A stretch of DNA of 64,000 nt from Mogibacterium sp. (GTDB lineage Bacteria > Bacillota > Clostridia > Peptostreptococcales > Anaerovoracaceae). Both the position numbers and the translations under genes were made by a program. Location of the stretch: contig JAFVPI010000060.1 of NCBI GenBank assembly GCA_017505405.1, positions 9,573-73,572 of the forward strand. Direction: 5' to 3'. The notes under the pieces were generated by a model. The model saw nothing but the letters and a program-made list of their open reading frames with translations. It had not been told where the DNA came from and made no database searches. Below, in pieces: positions 56,739-64,000 of this stretch (position 1 is the stretch's first letter; each line of letters opens with the position of its first letter).

Positions 56739-58094
56739 CTATTCTGAAAGTGCCTTCTTTGCCAGCTTATCTGCCAGCTCGTTGTATTTGTTGCCTGCAT
56801 GAGCTTTCACTTTAACGAATCTTATGTCGATGGTCTTTCTGGCCTCTTCGACAAAATCCCTGTATCCCTGAGTCAGCGCATTGTTGGCCTTCCATCTTCT
56901 GTCTGCCCAGGCTCCTATCCCTTCGTAGTCGTGATAGATCTCAACCGCCTTTATGCCGTTCGCGATGCAGTGATCGATCGCGAGCTTTGAGCCCATGATC
57001 TCTCCCGCGATATTCCGCTGCTGAGCCGCCTCTTTATCATCGAAAGCAGCATTGAGCTCAGTCGTTTCTGAATTTCCGTCCGCGTCTGTCTCAACTATTA
57101 CGACTCCGCATGAGAACCTGTCGTTTGCACTGTCAAAGCTGCCGTCGACATATGCCCTGACGCCCTCAGGGAACTTCCCTGTACCGGTTTCCGGCCCGCC
57201 TGCAAGGCCTAGATAAACCATTGCATCAGCAGGGTCTGCAAAGCTCTTATATTCGGCGCCGGCGAATCCGTCCACCTGCGCCTTGCAGTCGTCCCAGCTC
57301 ATGAATAAGCCTGTAGTCCTGCCTTTTCTTACCGCATATACCTTCTTAGCCATCTTAGCGGCCTCCCTGCCGTCTTCTTCCTTATTTACAGTCCTGTGTC
57401 CCGTTTCAGGATTCTCATCAAATTTCTTCAGAAAAGTCTTTCTGTGTATAGGGGTCTTACCTAAAATCCTAAGCCCTTCATAATGCTTCGCTGTACCGTA
57501 GCCCTTGTTGCCTGCAAAGTCATATCCCGGATAAACGCTGTCCATCTCTGTCATGAAAGAGTCCCTTGCGACTTTGGCAACTATCGAAGCTGCTGCTATG
57601 CACAGGCATTTCTCGTCTCCTTTGATGATAGATTCGCTCGGCATCCCCGCATCAAGTTTCACGGCATCGATCAGGAGCATGTCCTGCGCGTGAGCCTCGC
57701 CTTCTGAAGCAAGCAATCCGCGCTCCGCGAGCATGTCCCTTACTGCGGTTATCGCCCTTTTCATGGCAGTCTTTGTAGCCTCAAGGATATTGAGCTCGTC
57801 TATCTCGTTGTTGTCCGCTATGCCGATGCCCCAGGCTACTGCTTTTTCCTTTATTACATCAGAAAGCTCCCCGCGCTTCTTTGCCGAAAGCTTTTTGGAA
57901 TCATTGATGCCCAATACATCGAAATCCGCCGGGAGAATGACGCAGGCAGCATAGACCGGCCCGGCCAGAGGTCCTCTTCCGACCTCATCGATACCGGCAA
58001 TGTATCTGTAGCCCTGAGCCCTGAGTTCATCCTCATGGGCCTTCATCTCAGCCAGCTTTGCTATATCTCTTTCAAGTCTTTCCTGTTTTGTCAT
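56739..58094 (-). CDS. rnhB: Fusion protein: RNase HII (N-terminal) + hybrid-binding domain + RNase HI domain (C-terminal)
   Basis: Residues 1 to about 235 carry GIDEVGRGPLAGPV, DSKKLS and ASIVAKVARD (RNase HII). After a linker comes KKVYAVRKGRTTGLFMSWDDCKAQVDGFAGAEYKSF (HBD/Cauli_VI-like), then AYVDGS .. GEIMG .. YHDY .. KAHAGNKYNELADKLAK (DEDD RNase H1). It is a single 451-codon frame with no stop. Confidence 0.8.
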   Translation of the reverse strand: MTKQERLERDIAKLAEMKAHEDELRAQGYRYIAGIDEVGRGPLAGPVYAACVILPADFDVLGINDSKKLSAKKRGELSDVIKEKAVAWGIGIADNNEIDELNILEATKTAMKRAITAVRDMLAERGLLASEGEAHAQDMLLIDAVKLDAGMPSESIIKGDEKCLCIAAASIVAKVARDSFMTEMDSVYPGYDFAGNKGYGTAKHYEGLRILGKTPIHRKTFLKKFDENPETGHRTVNKEEDGREAAKMAKKVYAVRKGRTTGLFMSWDDCKAQVDGFAGAEYKSFADPADAMVYLGLAGGPETGTGKFPEGVRAYVDGSFDSANDRFSCGVVIVETDADGNSETTELNAAFDDKEAAQQRNIAGEIMGSKLAIDHCIANGIKAVEIYHDYEGIGAWADRRWKANNALTQGYRDFVEEARKTIDIRFVKVKAHAGNKYNELADKLAKKALSE

Positions 58095-58155
58095 AGTTAC
58101 ATATGTAAAGCGGTCTTTACATCAGCGCAATGTAAAATGTTCTTTACCGTAAAGC

Positions 58156-59001
58156 CTACTTTACTTTTTCTAAAGTGATCCTGCCGATCTTACCGCCCCT
58201 GAATTCATCCAGTACGGTGCGTCCGGTCCTCTCGTAGTCTATCCGTCCTCCCGACATTATGAATCCGCGCTTTCTGGCGATATTATCCATGTTCTCTATT
58301 GTCTCTTCTGAGATCTCATCGAGCTTATATCTTTCCTTCAGGAGGTCCGGATAATTCTCTCCGAGCACCCTTATAAGCTCGAAGCCCAGGTCCTGGACGC
58401 CGAGTATATCATCCTTGATGCTTCCGCAGAAAGCAAGGTTGAGCCCGACATTCGGATCTTCAAACTTAGGCCAGAGTATTCCCGGAGTATCCAGCAGCTG
58501 CATTCCGTTGGAAAGTGTCAGCCACTGCTTGCCCTTGGTCACGCCCGGCTTATCGCCTGTCTGAGCAGATCTTTTGCCTGTAAGGCGGTTGATGAGCGAT
58601 GATTTGCCTACGTTAGGGACTCCGACTATCATGATCCGGAGCGGTCTCTTTACAGATCTCTCTTCGTTTCTCCTCTGCTGTTCTGCCTCAAGGGCTTTCA
58701 GCAGTTTCTTTATATTCTCTCCCGACTGAAGATTGAGCGCCATGACGCGGCGCACACCCTTGCCGCCCGAGAACTTCTCAGTCCATGCATCAGTCTCCGC
58801 AGCGTCAGCGAGGTCCGCCTTACCAAGCACTATGATGCGCGGCTTTCCTGATATGAGCTCATCTATGATGGGATTGCGGCTTGACACAGGAATACGACTG
58901 TCGACTATCTCTATCACGATGTCCACAGCTTTCAGATTGTCCTGTATGAGTTCGCGGGTCTTCTTCATATGACCCGGATACCAGTTAATATTGTCAATCA
59001 T
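58156..59001 (-). CDS. rbgA: Ribosome biogenesis GTPase A (YlqF/RbgA)
   Basis: MIDNINWYPGHMKK N-terminus with circularly permuted GTPase motifs (KADL .. GVPNVGKSS .. DTPG). ATG at 59001; the longer track ORF extends into the upstream repeat. Confidence 0.85.
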   Translation of the reverse strand: MIDNINWYPGHMKKTRELIQDNLKAVDIVIEIVDSRIPVSSRNPIIDELISGKPRIIVLGKADLADAAETDAWTEKFSGGKGVRRVMALNLQSGENIKKLLKALEAEQQRRNEERSVKRPLRIMIVGVPNVGKSSLINRLTGKRSAQTGDKPGVTKGKQWLTLSNGMQLLDTPGILWPKFEDPNVGLNLAFCGSIKDDILGVQDLGFELIRVLGENYPDLLKERYKLDEISEETIENMDNIARKRGFIMSGGRIDYERTGRTVLDEFRGGKIGRITLEKVK

Positions 59002-59009
59002 AGTTTTCT

Positions 59010-59215
59010 GATAATATGCAGCTGAGAAAGATACGAGGCGAGAATCGTTTGAGAATCTTGCCAGCTGCACCGATGGAATGATAGCGGCACGGCTGACGTT
59101 GTGCGGATGTCTGAGCGAAGCGAGTTCCGCAAACGTCCCGTGGCGCAGAGTGACTGAGGATGCAATGGCAGATTCGAAAACCTCGAGCCGAGTACTTTCT
59201 CAGCTGCACATTACC
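59010..59215 (+). repeat. GC-rich imperfect palindromic intergenic element, copy B, filling the rplS-rbgA spacer
   Basis: GATAATATGCAGCTGAGAAAG (59010-59030) is the reverse complement of 59195-59215 at 19/21 positions, with a perfect 14-bp core. No credible ORF. The interior on the + strand is colinear with copies A and C on the - strand. Confidence 0.5.
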
Positions 59216-59216
59216 T

Positions 59217-59258
59217 AAAAGTAAAATGCATACCCTTGACAAGGTCTCAGGTATGCAT
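59217..59258 (-). terminator. Rho-independent terminator after rplS
   Basis: Minus strand reads AUGCAUACC-(loop)-GGUAUGCAU followed by UUUUACUUUU. Confidence 0.7.
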
Positions 59259-59266
59259 GGTGATCA

Positions 59267-59608
59267 CTATTCAGCGCTTCTGATTCTGGCTGCTTTACCG
59301 GTTCTCTGACGCATGTAGTTGAGCTTAGCTCTTCTGACTCTGCCTCTTCTGACTACCTCGATCTTCTCGATCTTTGGCGAGTGCAGCGGGAATGTCTTCT
59401 CTACGCCGATTCCGTTTGACAGCTTTCTTACTGTAAATGTCTCGTTAACGCCGCCGTGCTGTCTCTTGAGTACATATCCCTCGAAGACCTGGATTCTTTC
59501 TCTCTGACCCTCGATGATCTTTACGTGCACTCTGAGTGTGTCGCCGACCTTGAACTCAGGAATGTCATCCTTTTTGTAATCCATTGTGATCTGATCTAAA
59601 ATATTCAC
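59267..59608 (-). CDS. rplS: 50S ribosomal protein L19
   Basis: (GTG)[33 protein letters not shown]..; 113 aa. Confidence 0.95.
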   Translation of the reverse strand: MNILDQITMDYKKDDIPEFKVGDTLRVHVKIIEGQRERIQVFEGYVLKRQHGGVNETFTVRKLSNGIGVEKTFPLHSPKIEKIEVVRRGRVRRAKLNYMRQRTGKAARIRSAE

Positions 59609-59715
59609 GTTATTCTCTCCTTCTCTCTCAAGACGTTCTTGAAGCCACCGACCTTATGCCGTCTCCAGAGGACCGCCCGTAATAACTTCGGCTGCCGGTA
59701 AGCCGACAGCCTTAA
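59609..59715 (-). promoter_or_regulatory. Structured 5' leader of rplS (possible L19 autoregulatory leader)
   Basis: Minus-strand hairpins GGCUGUCGG-CUUA-CCGGCAGCC and CUCUGGAGACG...CGUCUUGAGAG sit directly upstream of the RBS GAAGGAGAG. Confidence 0.3.
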
Positions 59716-59760
59716 TAGAATACTATACTGAATCTGTGAATGCAAGAACTTTTTCAATAA

Positions 59761-59973
59761 AAGCGTTATATATACTATCGTCAGGCACGCTCTCGCTGCT
59801 ATCGTAGGAGCTAGCCGACGAAGATCAATGCTTTCTACACTACGGCAATGCCGTGGTGAAAAGGAAAGCATTTCATTCGGACGCAGCGGTTCTAAGCTCT
59901 GTCTTCGCTTGCACTCGCCAATCGCTAAGTACCGGCGTCCTCGAGTCACCTGTCGACAGTATTTAAACCGCTT
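59761..59973 (-). repeat. GC-rich imperfect palindromic intergenic element, copy C, between the xerD-like gene and rplS
   Basis: AAGCGTTATATATACTATCGTCAGG (59761-59785) matches the reverse complement of 59949-59973 at 20/25 positions. Interior motifs GCAAGCGAAG, GAACCGC and GTCCGAATGAAATGCTTTCC (minus strand) are colinear with copy A. Confidence 0.45.
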
Positions 59974-59980
59974 ATTTCAC

Positions 59981-60859
59981 TTAAGCTCTTGGATGACAGC
60001 TTCTGAATACTTCTCTTACGCGGATGTCGATAACCGACAGATACGCGATGCCGACCGACATGTCCTCGAAGCCCATAAGCTCCTGCAGTGTTCTCAGATC
60101 GCCGCCGTTCTGAAGTATATGTACCGCAAAGCTGTCACGGAGTATCTGCGGTGTCATGCGCGATTCAACGCCCAGCATCTGGCCGTAGTCCTTGAGGATC
60201 TTCCATATTCCCTGTCTGGTAAGAGGCTCGCCCCTGAAGTTCACGAATATGAAGTCGTCAATATCATGCTCCCTTCCAGTGATGACATCGTACGATTTTT
60301 CAATGTATTCTTTCATAGCAGCAGAAGCATAGCTGCCAAGAGGAACTATCCTGCTTTCGTCATTGACGTCTCTGAGTGTAACGAAATTCATCCTCAGATT
60401 GATGTCGCTGAATCTCAGTCTGACTACCTCCGTGACTCTTGCACCGGTACCGTACATAAACTCCAGCAGAGCCTTGTCGCGAAGGCCCTTCGCATCATCT
60501 CCCGGCAGATCCATCAGTTTTGCTGCTTCTTCGATCGTAAGATAATCTATCTGGCGCTTGTCGGTCTTTATAGCCTTGATCCTCGTGAAAGGATTCTCGC
60601 TGATCACGCCTTTGGTGATCAGGTACTCGTAATACATTCTGAGCGCCGACACTTTGCGGTTTATAGTCGGTTTTGACTTGTTCTCATTGCTGAGCTGGAG
60701 CACATAGGATATGGCATCATTGTCGGTACACTTTTCCAGACTGTCTGTCCCCCTGCCGGCAAGATACTTTTCAAACGCTGTAAGATCCCTCTCATAAGCG
60801 ATGAGAGTGTTAGCAGCTTTACGCTTTTCGTTCTTCATGTACTCTATGAATCCACGCAT
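59981..60859 (-). CDS. XerD-like tyrosine recombinase with a degenerate catalytic hexad
   Basis: Full-length XerD architecture ending in HPRA. The conserved Arg (TGARVTE), the second Arg (ILRDSF) and the Tyr (AYLSV) are present. The beta-hairpin Lys, the HxxR His and the LGH His are replaced by Val, Gln and Phe in my alignment to remembered XerD/RipX sequences. Confidence 0.8.
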   Translation of the reverse strand: MRGFIEYMKNEKRKAANTLIAYERDLTAFEKYLAGRGTDSLEKCTDNDAISYVLQLSNENKSKPTINRKVSALRMYYEYLITKGVISENPFTRIKAIKTDKRQIDYLTIEEAAKLMDLPGDDAKGLRDKALLEFMYGTGARVTEVVRLRFSDINLRMNFVTLRDVNDESRIVPLGSYASAAMKEYIEKSYDVITGREHDIDDFIFVNFRGEPLTRQGIWKILKDYGQMLGVESRMTPQILRDSFAVHILQNGGDLRTLQELMGFEDMSVGIAYLSVIDIRVREVFRSCHPRA

Positions 60860-60871
60860 CTCCTGTCCCTC

Positions 60872-61405
60872 CTATATCTCTCCGGCCTGCCTGGCGAAGA
60901 GCAGACCTATGATCGTCTTTGCGTCTTTTATCTCGTTCCTCATGATCATGTCGATAAGTTCATCCGGATCGAATTCCAGAAGTTCTATGCACTCACTGTC
61001 ATCCCACTCCGTTTCCCCTGCTGTGAGGTCTCTGCAAATAAAAATGTGCAGAGTCTCATTTGAATATCCGCAGGTAGGATAAAAAGTGAGCAAGTGTTTG
61101 ATGGAGCCGGCAGTATAGCCTGTCTCTTCATGCAACTCCCTTGCTGCGGTCACCTCAGGTTTTTCACCGGGATCGGTCCTTCCGGCCGGAAGCTCGAGCA
61201 GAGCACGCTCAAAAGCCTTCCGATACTGGCGTTCCATAAGAACTTTACCATTCTGGGTTATTGCCACCATCAGTGAGCCCCCGATATGCTCTACGATGTC
61301 CCTTATTTCCTCGCCGTTTACAGTAGTTACTCTGTGTTTGCGTATATTGAACACCGGCCCTTCATACACTATTTTGCTGTCTATTGTCTTTTCTTCGAAG
61401 ATCAT
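60872..61405 (-). CDS. NUDIX hydrolase (ADP-ribose pyrophosphatase-like)
   Basis: Nudix box GRTDPGEKPEVTAARELHEETG. Confidence 0.8.
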   Translation of the reverse strand: MIFEEKTIDSKIVYEGPVFNIRKHRVTTVNGEEIRDIVEHIGGSLMVAITQNGKVLMERQYRKAFERALLELPAGRTDPGEKPEVTAARELHEETGYTAGSIKHLLTFYPTCGYSNETLHIFICRDLTAGETEWDDSECIELLEFDPDELIDMIMRNEIKDAKTIIGLLFARQAGEI

Positions 61406-61457
61406 GATGCACCTTTACAATAATCATATATTCCATGTTTATTGTAGCATCCCCGGC

Positions 61458-61820
61458 TCATATCAAAAATAGGTTTTTTGCCAATTCCCAAATTAAAATC
61501 TGCCTCCATTTCCGCCATGTATTCTCATGAGCCATGTCGCTGTACGGAATATTATATGTTATGCAGTCCAGTGTGGTCTGTCTGTATTCCTCAGGTATAC
61601 GGATAAGTGCTTTTCTGATGCAGTTCAGTTTCCATTTTGCCTTCTCCAGCACCTCCGGATCCCTTATCACTTCATCATCATCCATGAAAAACACGAGCTC
61701 ATCCTTTCTCGTGGCGTAATTGCTGACAGCCTCCAGCTTTCTGAGCCTGTCCATGTCCTTTATCAGCCATATACACTGATAGTAAACCGCCTTGGGCACA
61801 CTGTATTCGTTCTTTCTCAT
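61458..61820 (-). CDS. Hypothetical protein
   Basis: 120-aa ORF with normal composition and no recognisable motif. Confidence 0.35.
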   Translation of the reverse strand: MRKNEYSVPKAVYYQCIWLIKDMDRLRKLEAVSNYATRKDELVFFMDDDEVIRDPEVLEKAKWKLNCIRKALIRIPEEYRQTTLDCITYNIPYSDMAHENTWRKWRQILIWELAKNLFLI

Positions 61821-61986
61821 TTTCAGCCTCCTCTTTGTTAATGTCTTTGCAACATTCTATCCGTATGCCATTCAGGGTTTATGACGGTTCTGTGAGGAGG
61901 TCATTTGCTGCAGGAATAAGGGCATTTTATGCCGGTTTTCATATTCTTTATATAAAAAAAGGACGCCTGCGGCATCCTTTCGATCT

Positions 61987-62820
61987 TTATGGTCTGTGAA
62001 AAATATCGTAGTTTCTGTTCTCTTTTGAGTGGAAGTCTGAACCCCGTGTGATCATCAGCCCGTGCTCCTTTGCATACGCGACGAACAGTTCCGACTGCTC
62101 AGGACTGGCCGATGGATGGAAGCACTCAAGACCATCAATCCCGTACTCGACCATTCTGTCCATCAGCTGGTATAAGCGCGGTCTGAAATCTTCAAAGCTT
62201 TCACTTGCGCGGCGCTGCTCCATCGGATGTGCCATAACGGCAAGCCCTCCGGCGTTATGTATGACATCAACTACTTTTTTTGAAGGCAATGTGACCTTTT
62301 TTATGGCTTTGAGGTCAGGTTCCCTGAAAATAGTATCAAAGGCTTCCTTTACATCCTTTACGATTCCCTTCTGCATCATAACTGTTGCAAAAGTAGGCTT
62401 GCCTACATATCTGCCGTTGTTTACCGCCCAGATCTCTTCAGGCTTTATTCCATATCCCCTTTTATTGAGGCACTCTCTGAATCTTTCGTTACGGTCCCTT
62501 CTTTCCTCGAGAACATAAATAAGGGTATCCATGAGTTCTTCATTCTCAGGGTCAAATCCATAACCCAGTATGTGAAGGTCCTTGCCGAGCGCATCCTCAG
62601 AATCAAACTCGATACCATAAATAAACTGCAGCCCAATAGACTCCGCATACGGCGCTCCGGCCACAGAGCCTCCCATGCCGTCATGGTCAGTAATCGCAAG
62701 CAGTTCATACCCTTCTGCCACACGCATATCGATCAGTTCCTGCGGTGTCAGTTCTCCATCAGAGTAACGCGTGTGCATATGAAGATCCTTTTTCAGATCC
62801 GACTCTATGAGAGCCCGCAT
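61987..62820 (-). CDS. PHP-domain metal-dependent phosphoesterase
   Basis: DLHMHTRYSDG .. ITDHD. Start moved to the ATG at 62820 so that it does not overlap hpt. Confidence 0.7.
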   Translation of the reverse strand: MRALIESDLKKDLHMHTRYSDGELTPQELIDMRVAEGYELLAITDHDGMGGSVAGAPYAESIGLQFIYGIEFDSEDALGKDLHILGYGFDPENEELMDTLIYVLEERRDRNERFRECLNKRGYGIKPEEIWAVNNGRYVGKPTFATVMMQKGIVKDVKEAFDTIFREPDLKAIKKVTLPSKKVVDVIHNAGGLAVMAHPMEQRRASESFEDFRPRLYQLMDRMVEYGIDGLECFHPSASPEQSELFVAYAKEHGLMITRGSDFHSKENRNYDIFHRP

Positions 62821-62848
62821 ATCATCCTTATTGAACTCTTCAGATATC

Positions 62849-63394
62849 TTAGAGTGAATCAACGTCGTCCTCTTCCAGATATGAAATATATGGCAGATCC
62901 CTGTACTTCTGATCGAAGTCCAGGCCATAGCCGATCACGAAGAGATCATCGATCTCGAAGCCTACGTAATCTGCATGGAAATCATTGGTCCTGCGAGCTT
63001 CCTTGTTGAGCATCGTGCAGACCTTGACGCATTTAGGTCCTCTCTCTTCGAGCTTTCCGAGCACATACTTCAGCGTGTTTCCCGTGTCAACTATGTCTTC
63101 CACAACGATTATGTTGGCGTTGTACATGTTGATCTCCGGATCGAATTTGATCTTTACCACACCCGAGCTTGTCTTGGAAGCGCCGTAGCTGCTTGCGGAG
63201 ATAAAGTCGAGCTTGGTCTTGACTGTGAGATTCTTCATGATGTCTCCGATCCAGAGGATCGAACCCTTCAGCGTGCAGAGCAGGATGACTTCCTCGCCCT
63301 CAAAGTCCTTATCGATCTGAGCAGCGATCTCTTTTGCTCTATTTGCGATCTGTTCCTCGGTGAAAAGGATCTTTCCGAATTTCTGGTTTGCCAT
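62849..63394 (-). CDS. hpt: Hypoxanthine phosphoribosyltransferase
   Basis: PRPP motif IIVVEDIVDTGNT; 181 aa. Confidence 0.9.
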   Translation of the reverse strand: MANQKFGKILFTEEQIANRAKEIAAQIDKDFEGEEVILLCTLKGSILWIGDIMKNLTVKTKLDFISASSYGASKTSSGVVKIKFDPEINMYNANIIVVEDIVDTGNTLKYVLGKLEERGPKCVKVCTMLNKEARRTNDFHADYVGFEIDDLFVIGYGLDFDQKYRDLPYISYLEEDDVDSL

Positions 63395-63411
63395 TTTGCC
63401 TCCTTGTTCTC

Positions 63412-63993
63412 CTAAAGCAGAGAAATTATCACTTCGAGCAGTTCTTCATCTCCGGTCTTCTTAAGTGCCGATACCGGTATGACCTTGTCTTCCCTGCCCA
63501 TCCCGAGCGTCTGTCTTATCGTTTTTATGCAGGCCGCCTTCTGGTTGTTTCCGACCTTGTCGGCCTTTGTAGCAACTACTATCCCATCGAGGCCGTAGTA
63601 CTTGAGGTATTCATACATCTGCACATCCTGCGCGCTGGGCTTGTGTCTTATGTCTACAAGCTGCACCACCTTGCGCAGAGTTTTTCTGTTTTCGAGGTAG
63701 CCTTCTATCATGGCTCCCCACTTCTCACTTTCAGCTCTGCTTACTTTCGCAAATCCGTATCCGGGCAGGTCAACTATCCTGAACAGATCATCACATCTGT
63801 AGAAATTAATTGTCCTGGTTTTTCCCGGACTGCCCGAGACTCTTGCCAGGGCCTTTCTGCCTGTGATGAGGTTCAGCAGCGATGATTTCCCGACATTGGA
63901 TCTCCCCGCAAACGCTATCTCGGGGATGTCTTCAGGCGGGTATTGCGACGCCTTTACGGCAACGGCTTCAAGTTCGGCTTTGTTTATCTTCAT
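63412..63993 (-). CDS. engB: Ribosome biogenesis GTP-binding protein YsxC/EngB
   Basis: P-loop GRSNVGKSSLLN and DLPGYG; 193 aa. Confidence 0.88.
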   Translation of the reverse strand: MKINKAELEAVAVKASQYPPEDIPEIAFAGRSNVGKSSLLNLITGRKALARVSGSPGKTRTINFYRCDDLFRIVDLPGYGFAKVSRAESEKWGAMIEGYLENRKTLRKVVQLVDIRHKPSAQDVQMYEYLKYYGLDGIVVATKADKVGNNQKAACIKTIRQTLGMGREDKVIPVSALKKTGDEELLEVIISLL

Positions 63994-64000
63994 ATCCTTA

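Noticed and set aside
58994-59242. 82-aa minus-strand ORF, and the 23-codon N-terminal extension of rbgA (to 59070)
   Set aside because: Both read through repeat copy B. RbgA homologs start at MxxxxWxPGHM, which matches the ATG at 59001.
59828-60676. 282-aa plus-strand ORF starting inside repeat copy C
   Set aside because: It is antisense to the xerD-like gene, and its N-terminus is a translation of the GC-rich repeat.
1-64000. CRISPR arrays, rRNA genes, IS elements or transposases
   Set aside because: No regularly spaced direct repeats, rRNA-like sequence or transposase-like ORFs were seen on either strand.

Overview
This is a 64-kb chromosomal segment made up mostly of housekeeping genes, from a mid-GC Firmicute. 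It looks Clostridia-like, which I infer from three things: hrcA-grpE-dnaK-dnaJ behind a perfect CIRCE operator, rplS-rbgA-rnhB and rpsT-lepA-hemW synteny, and a butyrate kinase. The absence of gpr/spoIIP between rpsT and lepA hints at a non-sporulating lineage.

I call about 62 protein genes, most of them on the minus strand, plus three tRNAs (Sec-UCA, Glu-CUC, Val-GAC). I saw no IS element, prophage, CRISPR array, rRNA or obvious defence island.

Recognisable blocks:
- folD and potABC, with no potD.
- A full selenocysteine-decoding set: selC-selA-selB, plus a selD that itself carries an in-frame UGA (Sec) codon which the ORF track truncates.
- cysE, a nucleoside-salvage group, and LarE with a LarC C-terminal domain.
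- The asd-lysC-hom and thrC threonine/aspartate block.
- A uracil permease, buk and two class-I aminotransferases.
- putP, ansA, glpK, lon, the heat-shock operon, rplS/rbgA, hpt and engB.

Most interesting observations:
1. Three ORF-free, GC-rich imperfect palindromes of 180-215 bp, at 2057-2237, 59010-59215 and 59761-59973. Their interiors share colinear motifs, but each is closed by its own terminal inverted repeat. One sits inside the potB-potC junction and one fills the rplS-rbgA spacer.
2. An orphan, purine-rich, ORF-less unit of about 340 nt bounded by a promoter and a terminator, at 14.58-14.95 kb.
3. An RNase HII fused to an RNase HI with a hybrid-binding domain.
4. A XerD-like recombinase in which 3 of the 6 catalytic residues are substituted.
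5. A lone restriction-endonuclease-like gene in a lower-GC patch.
6. Two tandem paralogous secreted proteins with a Cys/His papain-like signature.

All functional calls come from reading the translated ORFs and motifs. No database search was run.
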